Below, piece by piece: positions 16,391-28,387 of a stretch of DNA of 64,000 bases. Under the pieces are notes generated by a model. The model worked only from the letters and a program-made list of their open reading frames with translations, was not told the DNA's origin and made no database searches. The position numbers and the translations under genes were made by a program. Every line of letters starts with the position of its first letter. Position 1 is the first letter of the stretch. The stretch is from Eledone cirrhosa (lineage: Eukaryota): the NCBI GenBank assembly GCA_964016885.1, contig OZ024747.1, positions 23,560,001-23,624,000 of the forward strand, in the 5' to 3' direction.

Positions 16391-17400
16391 ATGCATGGAT
16401 ATGTTGCCAGGAAACTCCAGAGTGAGAGTAATATAGATAAGGAAAGTAGTCTATCTTGGACCAACAACCGCTATATTGGCTCCCACTTTGAAGGATACGC
16501 TTTTGCAATCCAAGAACAGGAAATTAGCACGAAATACCTGATTCACAAAAGAGATAGGGATGCAGGCAAAACACCTAGATGTGATAACAAGTGCAGACTC
16601 TGCAGAACTAACATCGAGGATATCACCCATGTCATCAGCAGCTGCCCAAAGATGTCATCGCGGTACTATCTACCTATGAGGCATGATGTAGTGGCCAAAA
16701 CACTGTACAATGCAGTTCGTAAAAAAGATAGCCCCGATAATAAACACATTAAAAGCTACAACAATGTGGAAGACATCTATGTACATAATATGAAAGAGTA
16801 CTGGTGGAATGTTCCAGTAAAAACCCCAATAAAATGCAGGCATAACAGACCAGATATTATGATATGGGACAGGGAGAAGAAAACATGCACAGTAGTGGAA
16901 ATTAGCTGCCCAGCAGATGCCAATATAATATCAAAGATTAGTGAAAAGGAGAATATTTATGCAGAACTGATGAGAAATCTGCAGATACTCCACCCTGATT
17001 ACACCTTCAGATTTATGCCTGTGATTATTGGGGCACTGGGATATGTTAGTAACTGCCTCAATACAAATCTTGAGAAGCTAGGCTTCACAGGAACAGAAAG
17101 AACACAACTAGTTAGGAAACTACAAGTACAATCCATTAATGGAACAGTAAAAATATGTAAAACATTCCAAAAATGTTGCATCTAATAACTGCATATACAC
17201 ATATACAGATACAAAGCATATACACATGCACACATACAACTCAAAACATACACATCCACACATACAATAACATCCATATCTACACATGCATGCATACATA
17301 CATATCTACCTAGTTGATGTTGTGTAAATTCCAATGAGAGAGTCTTGTGTCTATGTTAGAAACCGACTCTCTCTCTCTCTCTCTATTGGTAAAACTTTGT
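16391..17400 (+). mobile_element. 5'-truncated R4/Dong-like non-LTR element with restriction-like endonuclease C-terminus and 3' UTR
   Basis: Intact 264-aa frame: QEQ, CRLC-x8-H-x4-C zinc knuckle, RHD, RPD...VEISCP...K..KENIY (PD-(D/E)xK RLE), P.IIGALG. Confidence 0.88.
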
Positions 17401-17407
17401 GAAATTA

Positions 17408-17525
17408 TGAGTTCAAATCCCGCCGAGGTTAACTTTGCCTTTCATCCTTACGGGGTCGATAAAATAAAGTACCAGTAACGTACTGGGTAATTGCTGGCCT
17501 TGTGCCTAAAGTAGAAACAATTATA
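17408..17525 (+). mobile_element. tRNA-derived SINE (MetaSINE-like), 5'-truncated
   Basis: Near-identical to the copies at 38628 and 60683. Confidence 0.85.
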
Positions 17526-17733
17526 AAACCAGAAGAACATACATTCATACATATATACATACATACACACACACAAACACACACACACACTAGATAACAC
17601 TACATGCGGCTTTGACCGGGAGGGTCATTTAGAGGGAATTTGGAGGGAGGGGGGTAAGGCTGCACAGCTCCACTTTCCGCCATGGCGATTGGACTGCATG
17701 CCCTGCTTTCCAGGTTACCCTTCGCCACTGATG

Positions 17734-17765
<32 letters not shown>

Positions 17766-17795
17766 TATATGTATGTATGTATGTATGTATAACAA

Positions 17796-17943
17796 TGTCA
17801 ATAATTGTCACAAGTGTAGTGTCTGTACCAGAGTTTTCAAGTCGCTGGCTGGACTAAAAAGTCACACTCGTTCAGCGGATCGGTAGGAGTTCTCCTACAT
17901 GGATATAAAGTAGTGGCCGTACTCGAAAACGAGTTGGCAGCCA

Positions 17944-17946
<3 letters not shown>
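17796..17946 (+). mobile_element. RTE 3'-end fragment, copy 2
   Basis: Highly similar to 11405-11555 with the same start and end. Flanked by (TATG)n and (TA)n. Confidence 0.75.
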
Positions 17947-17983
<37 letters not shown>

Positions 17984-18090
17984 AAAATTTAATATAGAAA
18001 TATATTAAATTTTGTTGTATACACTCTATTAATGTATTGAATACCTTACATACTGTGGTTACCCCCCCCCCCCCCGATTGAACCGGACAT

Positions 18091-18160
<70 letters not shown>

Positions 18161-18162
<2 letters not shown>

Positions 18163-18353
18163 CGAAGGAAATGTGGTAAGGAACCAGGTGGACCATAACG
18201 CACCAAAGTACTCAATACTTAGGGTAGTAGAGTGGGTAATAGGAACGAGTAAGACCCCGACGGCTGAGCTCAAGCCGTTTCGACGGCTAATTTAGTCCAG
18301 AATTAGCCGTCGAAACGGCTTGAGCTCAGCCGTCGGGGTCCTACTCGTTCCTA
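18161..18353 (-). mobile_element. Fold-back element in (TA)n: 53-bp arms, 79-nt tail, hammerhead 3' half
   Basis: Arms 18240-18292 and 18301-18353 (1 mismatch). Contains GAAA-CGGC-TTGAGCTCA-GCCG-TC-GGGGTC. Sister copy at 34140-34300. Confidence 0.85.
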
Positions 18354-18520
18354 TATATATATATATATATATATATCGGACCGAGAAAACAATGTTCCCA
18401 TTGGTCTTTCCAATTGCTAATCCTATCTGCCTTTCGCAACTCCAAATAGTCTATTCTTGAACTGTATATAGATATAAGTGTACGTTCTCTAAACCTTTAA
18501 CACTATGTGATTATGTAATA

Positions 18521-18645
18521 AATAATTGTTTCTACTTTTGGCACAGGTTAACTTTCCCTTTCATCCATACGGGGTCGATAAAATAAAGTACCAGTAATGC
18601 ACTGGTATAATTATTGGCCTTGTGCCAAAATTAGAAACAATTATT
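18521..18645 (+). mobile_element. MetaSINE-like fragment with its own 3' end inverted onto its 5' end
   Basis: aataattgtttctacttttggcacagg ... ccttgtgccaaaattagaaacaattatt. Confidence 0.7.
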
Positions 18646-18850
18646 GCATATATTATCTAATGTTATCAAGCTTATATAACAGTCAATGAATGTTTAGATA
18701 TGTGTGTGTGTGTGTGTGTGTGTACGTCTTTTCCTACTATTTCAAAGGTTTAAGTAATATACAGTATATCATCTCATCATAGTATTATATCATTCTCTGT
18801 GTTGATTTTTCTTGTTTGACTTTTCTCATATCTATCTCTCTCTATATATC

Positions 18851-18887
<37 letters not shown>

Positions 18888-19134
18888 CTGTACATATATG
18901 TGTGTGTGTGCCTGTACATATATATATGTGTGTGCCTGTACATATATGTGTGTGTGTGCCTGTACATATATATATATGTGTGTGTATATATATGTGTGTG
19001 TATGAGAGTGTGACACACGACACAATTGACCACTCCTTCTTAACCTATAAAATAAGGACTACAGGTTGTGTGTGTAACATATATTTGTACTTTCACAGTC
19101 TGAATAAATACACTCTTATCAAAACATCACCCAG

Positions 19135-20405
19135 ATCACTGACAGCGGCTAATGGGTGGATGTTGTTTACCTTGACTTTGCTAAGGCTTTTAATTCTGTG
19201 CCACACAAAAGACTTATGGCAAAACTCTCTGCAATGGGTGTGAGGGATGATCTTTTCGACTGGTTGAAATCCTTCATTCTCAGCCGAAGAGAGGTAGTCA
19301 CGGTTCTAGGACAGCATTCTTCACCATATGAGATGTCATCTAGTGTACCACAGGGATCTGTTCTTGGTCCTCTTTTGTTTGTGGCATATATTAATGACAT
19401 AGATGCCAACTTACAGAATGCCACGGTACTAAAATATGCAGATGACATCAAGCTGTACCTTGAAATCAAAAGGACTGATCCTGAAATTTACAACTCTTTC
19501 CTACAGTCAGACCTGGACACAATGCAGCAATGGATCACAGACTGACAACTGAAGCTGGCTGTGGACAAGTGTACCACCATGCATTTTGGAAGGAAAAATC
19601 CAGCGTCCACATACTCCCTCCACAACACTGACATCAAAAAGTCCTCTTGTGAACGTGACCTGGGCATTACTGTCAGCAACGATTTGCGTTGGACAAAGCA
19701 TGTCTCTAAGATTGTCAAGAAGGCCGAGGGTGTCTTGGCATCACTCAGCAAGACCTTTGTTAGCCGCTCTCCAGCCATCTATTTAAAACTGTATACAGCT
19801 ATGGTGCGACCACACTTAGAATTCGCATCATCAGTCTGGAACCCCTATCTTGCTCGGAACATTGACCTCCTGGAAACTGTTCAGAGACGTGCAACCAAGC
19901 GCATACCCTCCATCAGACACCTACCATACTCTGAACGCCTTGCTTCCCTGGGCATGGATTCATTGAAGCTCCGACGTCTGGCAATGGACTTGGTGAATAC
20001 CCACAAAGTTTTTAACCATCTTGCCAACTGCAACCCTGAGCGCCTCTTTGATCTCCATGTGTCTAACACACGTGGACATGCCTACAAGATAAGAAAACAG
20101 CACAGCTCCCATGACTTTCGCAGACATTTTTTCACGCTCAGAGTTGCTGAAGCATGGAACAAACTGCCTGCGTCAATTGTTAGCTGCCGAGACACTGCAT
20201 CCTTTAAAACACTCATGCTTCCCGAAATACGCCAAAACTACACCTGATGTACCCCTTCCATACACATGCACACATGTGTGTATCATGACTCGTGCACTGT
20301 TCATTTTCCTGACATTTGTACATTATTCTATGTACTATACATGCACCTTTGATGAGTTGTAGTGCACCTGAGCACTGTACACAATAATTTCATTATTATT
20401 ATTAT
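19135..20405 (+). mobile_element. 5'-truncated CR1-group LINE (RT domain to 3' UTR), inactivated
   Basis: VYLDFAKAFNSV, VPQGSVLGPLLF, YINDI, KYADD, ERDLGI, RPHLEFASSVWNP, TRGH. In-frame TGA at 19543-19545. (ATT)n tail. Confidence 0.93.
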
Positions 20406-20589
20406 GTTATTGCAAGGGCGTTCTTTCGTTTTAAGTAAACATTTCTTTACATTGATAATTCGACAATCGCCAAATTAAGACAAGAATACAATAAAATGAA
20501 CAGAATTACACTGATTGATCTGTATATGTTAAACCCTGGGTGATTTATTTGTGAACAAACATAAGACATCACTTTATCTCTTTTCCATG

Positions 20590-20770
20590 CAGTGCCGGAT
20601 TTAATACAAATGAGGCCCTATGCTAATTAAGTTATGAAGCCCCTCATTTGGGCCCTGAAGGAGGTAATTCAGCGTAAAAAAATATTTTTGGCGGGAAGAT
20701 GGGTTGCCCCTTGTCCAACGGGGCCCTGTGCTTAAGCACACCTAAGCATACAATGGTAAATTCGACACTG
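20590..20770 (+). mobile_element. hAT-like MITE
   Basis: TIRs cagtgccggattt / aaattcgacactg. Homologous to 15405-15545. Confidence 0.7.
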
Positions 20771-21046
20771 TTTCTATACCTTGGTGGGAATTTTGTATAT
20801 GTACAAATTCAGAAGAATTTATTGGTAAAAGAATGTGTTTAAAATTAAATTGATGTTTGATAGCGATTAGACAAAATGCGATAGAAAATTGCCGAAATTT
20901 AGTAATGCGTAATGTTTACTTAAAACGAAAAAACGCCCAGAATTTACTTAAAAGTATCAGGTGATCTTCGTGAGGGAGCTTAGCTCTTCCAATGCCTTAG
21001 CCTCACTATCACCCGTGACAATGCCTTGGCTTGCCTCAAAAACCTG

Positions 21047-21100
<54 letters not shown>

Positions 21101-21102
<2 letters not shown>

Positions 21103-21345
21103 TTTCTTTATTAGCCACAAGGGCGCACAAGAAAAGGGGACAATACAAAGACATGCCGGGGATTTTACATACAGTCGTGTAAAAAATATAAAAACAAACA
21201 ATTTCAACAATCGAAATCCCCAATAGGGGGAGGCGCCACAAATGGGTTGTTTAATACCCCGTTGATAGAACAACCCTCAACTCCGGGAGCGTGTTGTGCA
21301 AGTGATCCTTTCTTCCTTTTGCTCTCTTCCTCAACCTACAGGCTT

Positions 21346-21346
<1 letters not shown>
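21101..21346 (-). mobile_element. Tx1-like element 3' UTR between (GACA)n and (GATA)n
   Basis: Minus strand cctgtagg...ttttacacgactgtatgtaaa...ctttgtattgtccc...taataaagaaa aligns with the 3' UTR at 14764-14975. Confidence 0.7.
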
Positions 21347-21383
<37 letters not shown>

Positions 21384-21842
21384 CACACATACGTGCAAAC
21401 AGATTTGAAACATTTACTTGGTTTAATTATTAAATTATTTATGCTTATTTAATTCACCCAGGGCCCAAATGAGGGGCTTCATAACTTAATTAGCATAGGG
21501 CCTCATACAAAATCAATTTCATTGAGACCTGAGCATAAAATATGCATATATAATACTTATATCTGCTCAATGTGTGTGAAACATAAACTATAATGTTTAT
21601 ATAATATACAAATAAGTTGATATATGTATGTGTAAAACATGTGGGCTCACAGACAGACACACACACACAATGGAAGCTTTACATTATGATCAATTTGAGA
21701 TGGAGCCTTTTAGATAACAATAAATGATAGATTACATTAGACAGAGGATATAACAATATCCTGAACCTGTTTGTGACTCCCTAATTTTAATAATATTAAC
21801 CATTTGATAACATTATCTGTAATAATAATAAGCAGCTTCCAC

Positions 21843-22190
21843 TCATCATTTTACGTTCGTTTTTCCCTGCTTGCAAGGGTGGGACGGATCCTATTCAGCA
21901 CAACATCTCTCCATTTGTCACGGTTCTTTGTCATCTCCTCTGTGAGTTTCAGTGATCTGAGGTCTGCTCTCACCACCTCCTCCCATATTTTTCATGGTCT
22001 ACCTCTACTGCGTCTTCCTTCTACTGGGATTTCTTGGTACTTCTTTACCCAGCTGTCATCCTCCATGCGCATCACATGTCCATACCAACGCAGTCTTCTC
22101 TCACGCACACCACAGCTTATCCCTCTTATACCCAGTTTCTCTCTCAACTCGTCTATGCTTGGTCATTCACGCACATTGACATTGCACATA
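21843..22190 (-). mobile_element. RTE-clade LINE 3' fragment
   Basis: Minus strand translates ELREKLGI...RRLRWYGHVMRM...VEGRRSRGRP*KIWEEVV..DL...NRDKWR, followed by an (ATG)n-type tail. Confidence 0.85.
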
Positions 22191-22312
22191 TATTCCACTA
22201 TATATATGAAATCATCTATTTAGTGTTTCCCGAAATGGTTTTTGTGAAAAGATTCTGCAATTGAGCAAAATAAGGTGTCTTTTAAAAGGATTTAATAAAA
22301 ATTATTTATATA

Positions 22313-22344
<32 letters not shown>

Positions 22345-22504
22345 GTGTATATGAATATATATATAAACATATATAATACATTTATATACAATAAACATAT
22401 GAGTAACCTCTCTGCCAAAGAATACTTATTTTTCGTTCTAAAAAAGAAAAATTTGTTTTTCTGATTTTCCTCTATAAATATATAACAGAGTTGCCAATTG
22501 TATG

Positions 22505-22536
<32 letters not shown>

Positions 22537-22872
22537 AAGTGTTAAAACGATCAAATTTTAGTTTAGAACATTTATTTGCTGACAATTGTTTCTTCCAGAG
22601 GGAAGGCTGGAATCATCGGAGCATAAGGAATGTCGAAACATGTTACTAAAATCCTAGTCATTTAGAACATTTAGGGTACATAATTGTTGTTAGTGTCATA
22701 GGCATCATGTGGAGAGTCAGGAGTTAAGATGTTCTGCTTGAAAGAACACAATTACAGGCAGCACTGGTTAAAAGTGTAAGAGGTATAAGTAAAAAGCACA
22801 AGCAAAAAAATTACAAGTAAAAAAAACACAGGCAAAAACTTTTTTGCCTGTGTTTTTTTTTGTTGCTTGTGA

Positions 22873-23372
22873 TTACTACCACTAGTACTACTACAACTAC
22901 TATTACCACCACCACTACTACTACTACAACTCCCACCACTACTACTACAACTACACCTACTATTACCACCACCACCACTACTACTACTACAACTACACTT
23001 ACTATTACCACCACTACTACAACTACCACCACTACTACTACAACTACACCTACTATTACCACCACTACTACTACTACAACTACCACCACTACTACTACAA
23101 CTACACCTACTATTACCACCACCACCACTACTACTACTACAACTACACTTACTATTACCACCACTACAACTACCACCACTACTACTACAACTACACCTAC
23201 TATTACCACCACTACTACCACTACAACTACACTTACTATTACCACCACTACTACAACTACCACCACTACTACTACAACTACACCTAATACTACCACCACT
23301 ACTACTACAACTACCACCACTATTACTACAACTACACCTACTACCACCACCATCACTACTACTGTTACTACT
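22873..23372. repeat. ACT/ACC/ACA trinucleotide-based minisatellite with higher-order units
   Basis: Recurring actacacctactattaccacc and actacacttactattaccacc blocks. The poly-T, poly-V and Ser/Gly ORFs are by-products. Confidence 0.9.
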
Positions 23373-23667
23373 ATGCATGACATTTTTGGCTCTTCTCTTA
23401 TTAAAATGTTCTTTGTGCATGCGTATATAAAATGCAAAACATGTGATATGACAGCCATTGAAATACGTGTAATTTAGACATTGTCTGTTATGGTGGCATT
23501 TTTGTTAGAAATGCACACAAAAAATTGCAACAGGGAAACAATAAACAATAAAGTAAGCAAAACAAAAAAAAGTGATTGTTTTGTGTGTATATTTGTATGT
23601 GTATGTGTGTGTGTGTGTGTGTGTGTGCGTGTGTGTGTGTGTTGGATGAACAAGTATTTAATAATAA

Positions 23668-23784
23668 TAATTGTTTCTACTTTTAGCACAAGGCCAGCAA
23701 TTACCCAGTGCATTACTGGTACTTTATTTTATCGTCTCCGTAAGGATGAAAGGCAAAGTTAACCTCGGCGGGATTTGAACTCAG
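23668..23784 (-). mobile_element. MetaSINE-like SINE, 5'-truncated
   Basis: Near-identical to the reverse complement of 17408-17525. Confidence 0.85.
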
Positions 23785-23848
23785 CTCGGTATGCAAATGA
23801 GGCTACACAGCCGATGTGTATTTAAGAAAATACTATATATTTTCAATC

Positions 23849-23935
23849 GTTCAACAGACTGGCAGAGGTATACAGTCCTGATGAAGGGTAATGACCCAGA
23901 AACGTGTTGATTGTTCCTCAAAGCCAGTGTTGAAC
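23849..23935 (+). ncRNA. Minimal type I hammerhead ribozyme motif with extended stem I
   Basis: CTGATGA (23878-84), stem II GGGT/ACCC, GAAA (23899-902), stem III AC-GT-GT, GUU site. Stem I pairs acagtc/gattgt, gagg/cctc, actggc/gccagt and gttcaac/gttgaac. Confidence 0.75.
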
Positions 23936-24679
23936 AAACAGGTGATGATCAGTCACCGGCAAATCGAGCCGTTTGTTTACAAACAAATTGAACATGATTC
24001 TTAATGTTCGATATAACCCATACGTACATATGTATATGCATATATGTGTATATATATTATATGTGTGTGTGTGTGCGTGTAAATTTGGGTAGATGGGAAT
24101 TATGGAAGCTCATTAGATGAACTGTACCTGTAATTCAAAGGTTCAGCCTTATCACATATTGTGTCACAGTAATTCGACATGAGGATTATGTTAAGAGTAC
24201 ATATGTCTGTGGAATACTCAACCACTTACACATTAATTCATGAGTTGGACATTGAGTTGATCAACTGACTGTTCATCATCAAAGCCAACAGGAGATTCAT
24301 CATCATCCAATACTATGTTTGTCTGGATAAAAGGTGGGAGGGCCATAATTGGAACGCCTTTGATCATATGTCTACTCTATCAGAGCTGACCTAATATTAA
24401 ACAAAGATAACAACGGTTTGTAACATAGGCACTGGGTCAGAAATTTGGGGAAGAAGGATAAGTTAATTATTTCAGACGCAGTAATTTACTGGTACATTAT
24501 TTTATTGACTACAGTATTAATTTAACCCCAGTAGTTTACTGGTAATGGGCTATAAAAATGCTCTGACTTTGTCAATCTAACACTCATAACAAAATTTCAA
24601 AAATATATTAGTTCTGGGACAACAGACTTAAAAACGTATGTTGGATCTCTGTCAGTTCCAACAAGTGTTCAAGGTGGTG

Positions 24680-24920
24680 ATCAATGGAACAACCTGTTCA
24701 TAAAATTAACATGCAAGTGGCTGAGCATTCCACAGACATATGTGTCCTCAGTGCAGTTCTCAAGATAATTCAACATGACACATGGTCCTTTGAATTTACA
24801 GGTACAACTTATTTTTGCTAGTTGAATGAACTGGAGCATTGTGAAATTAAGTTTCTTACTCAAGGACACAATGTACTGCTCAGTCTGAAAATTGAACTCA
24901 ATTGTAAACTGACCACTTTA
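24680..24920 (-). mobile_element. CORE-type tRNA SINE (family also at ~32230-32575 +, 35250-35505 -, 42595-42735 -, 44957-45303 -)
   Basis: Shared gaactggagca...gaaat.aagtgtcttgctcaagga motif and tRNA-like end. Confidence 0.6.
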
Positions 24921-24928
24921 ATCTTTAA

Positions 24929-25136
24929 CCCTTTAGCATGTAAACCGGCCATATCCGGCCAGAATTCTCTCACTTCTTTCTGTTCAAACAGGCCATAACT
25001 GGCCGCTTATACCGACATTAAGGTAAGGTTCTCAAAATAAATAATATCAAAATATCATAGATTTGATATTATGTGAGGTAAAGCCTTTATCACAAACATA
25101 TATTAGTAGATATAGAGTAATACAAATGCTAAAGGG
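24929..25136 (+). mobile_element. piggyBac-type MITE
   Basis: TTAA|ccctttagcat ... atgctaaaggg|TTAA. Confidence 0.85.
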
Positions 25137-26098
25137 TTAAGCCATGTACCTTGTCACAGCTGTATCCAGAAAGAGATAACCTTAGATGCTTGCTTCTTTT
25201 ACTACTATTTTCTAGCTGTAGTATAGAGAACAAATCATTAATTAGGTCAAATATCCCACTAATCCTTAACTCTTTATAAGTGATATTCTGAGATAATATC
25301 TTAATCTGTGTCATTCAAGTGTGTTCTTTACAGTATACAGCATAGTCTAAACTTAATCAACACACCATTTCGTTTTTTTTTATCGTGTCAACCATTATTT
25401 CTTTATTCAGTCTAGGAATAAATAACAGTTGGTGGTTTTATCAAGGTAATTTAACAAAGAAATATTTCACAAATAAATCTAACAATGGCTGTGATTTCTT
25501 TTATTGGTCACAATCTATTGAATAATAATTGTTTCTTATTTAGGCACAAGACCAGCAGTTTTTGGGTGGAAGGGAAAGTTGATTGTATGAACTCCAGTCT
25601 CTGACTGGTACTTTATTTTATTGACGCCAATAAAATGAAAGGCAAAGTTTACTTGAAAATTCATCCAAAATTTTGGAGGAATTTCCTAAAATAAATGTTT
25701 TACATTCGTAAGCTGATATTTAGAAGGTTACTTGATAAAAAAATTTTAAAATAAAATTATGTTGGAAAGTTTTAATAATGAGCAGTTGTGTATCATATAT
25801 CCAAGACAGTTTCCAGTTAATCATTCAAATTTCTCCTAGTTATGTTTGGGCACAGCCCCTCAGATGAACAGAATATAGAATGCATGCATTTGTTTGTGTA
25901 TGCGTGTTCTTATGGTGGGTCATGTCTCAGCAAAAAAAAACCTAAACCATTTAAATATTATAAAGAGATTAGTGGTTGTATTGTAGCCTCCTCCTTTGAA
26001 GTATTGTTGTTAATGATAGTGGCTAATGACAGTAGCAGATAGAGATTATAAGAGGGAAGGGTAGAGGAGAGAAATATGTGGGAAGAGATTTGTAGGCA

Positions 26099-26144
<46 letters not shown>

Positions 26145-26244
26145 TAAGAGAGAGAGAGAGAGCTATATGCATATATATGTGTATATATATATACACATAT
26201 AGAGAGAAAGAGATAGATAGATAGATAGATAGATAAGTATATGC

Positions 26245-26279
<35 letters not shown>

Positions 26280-26311
26280 TATAGAGAGAGATAGATAGAT
26301 GGATATGTGCA

Positions 26312-26356
<45 letters not shown>

Positions 26357-26434
26357 ATATATATATATGTATATAGATACATATGCATGCATATATGTAT
26401 ATAGATATATACATATACACATGTATATATATGT

Positions 26435-26468
<34 letters not shown>

Positions 26469-27640
26469 GTGTGTATATATATATATATATAATGTACACA
26501 CACATTATTATACATACATATAATTAGAGAGAGAGAGAAACAATGATTGACAGAATGTTTAAAACAGTAAAAGAAAGCAAAAAGGAAGCTGGGTAGATAT
26601 AGAAGGAGAAGTTCTTAAGAAAGGTTTAATAGAAAGAAAAGAGAGAGATTTTGGAATGAGGGAGAGAGTGTGTGTGGGTCAGATGCTGAGAAGTAGACAG
26701 GTTAAATGAGAAGTATACAGAGTATGTGTAAATATGTTAATCAGGTAATTAACAAGGTGGGACAATGAAGAAGAGATAATCATGTATGTAAATGTGTGTA
26801 TTTGAGCAGATATTTTACTCTGTGTGTGTGAGTGTACATCTATGTGTGTGTCTGTATGTGTGAGTGTGTACTTGTGTACTTCTATGTGTGTATGTTTGAC
26901 GACTTTGTATTATGACAATGCTTGTTGTGAAAGAGAAAATATTAGAAGCGCAGAAAATCAGAAAAAAAAAGGACAGTGGCAGTTAAGGATTGTTTACAAG
27001 TAGACTGACAAGAATGAGATGCTCAGAAATTTATTAAATGACAGGAAAGAATTTACCAGAACATCTTCAATATATTTTTTTGTTCTACCAGTCTGTCTTC
27101 ACAATAGTTACCACTCAGAGTATTTCTTTCAACCCATTCACAAAACAACATACAAATCTAATACACACTTTGTACTGTATGTCTAGTATCTAATATTGTA
27201 AACTACATTATTACACTGCATTAATACTCTTTAATTAAAAGCATCAAATATCAAATGAAGGAGACAAATATTTATAAAATTGGGAGAAAAAATATCACTA
27301 AATATTTCCAAATATATAACAATTAATATTGATGAATTCGAGAAAAAAGATTTTCTAGGCGATGACATACACAAACACATAACGGGCTTTCACAGTATTC
27401 CTATCGACCAAATTACCTCACAAGATATTAGTCAACCTGAGGTTACAGCAGAAAATATTTGCCCAAGGTGACACACAGGGGGGACCAAACCCATGACTAT
27501 ATGCTTTAGAAGTGAACTTCTAAACTACACTGCCATAATATTTGATTAATTCAAATTTGTGTGTTCTCTTCTTATAAGAAAGTTTCGAGAGCTGCTATTG
27601 TTGTGGATAATATTGGCTGGTTTTGAATTTGTCATAAATA

Positions 27641-28387
27641 ATGGAGAGTATAGAACAAGATAGCCTTGATATACTCCAGTCGATAGACAGTCTTTCAAAC
27701 ATGGACTCTCAAATAATTCAGTCAATGAGTCTTGAAAGTGGTGTTGATCCTGAAAACTACATTGTTTCCACAAAAAATGAGAAGGAAGAAGAGAATTTAA
27801 AACAAAAAGGCAAAGAAAAGGAAGAAACTAAAGAAGAGATTGATACTGGTAAAAGTGAGCTAGCAGAAGATGGTGACATTGGCCAAAGTGCTGATTTCAT
27901 GAAGAGTGTAAACCACCAGTCAACTGAAGCCAGAGGTAAAATTACAAAAGAACAATCAATAGATCACACACCTTCAAGTACTACAACAGTAACTGCTGAC
28001 TCATCAGAGGTAAAATGTGTAGAGGCAGGTGAGGAGGAGAAAAGTGAGGAGAAAAAGAAGGAAGCAGAGCACAAGGAGGAGGAGGAAGAGGGGAAGGAGG
28101 AAGATAGAAAAAAGCAAATTGAAGAGAGTGGGAAAGGTGGGAAAATGGAAGAAGTGACAGAAGTAGAGACAAATGTGAAAGAGAAAGGGAAAGATAATCT
28201 GAGTGATCAAGTGACAGAAGACAAACATCTGTCAGAAGATTCAGTAAAAGATAAGAGCAAAGAAAAAAATATCTTTCGACCAGCTTCAGATAATTCTCCA
28301 CTGAGCCAATCTGCCAGCATTGATTTTGTTACACTTGAAGATGCTCCACGACTGGAAAAACCAATAACATCAATAAAAGAGATGGAG
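27641..28387 (+). CDS. Coding exon A (249 codons; acidic E/K-rich, probably disordered), likely a first coding exon
   Basis: Non-repetitive open frame. In-frame TAA two codons upstream of the ATG. Ends at GAG|gtaagt, phase 0. Confidence 0.75.

Noticed and set aside
22752-23477. Mucin-like poly-Thr, poly-Val and Ser/Gly/Cys ORFs
   Set aside because: Trinucleotide minisatellite open on both strands, with no splice signals or unique coding flanks.
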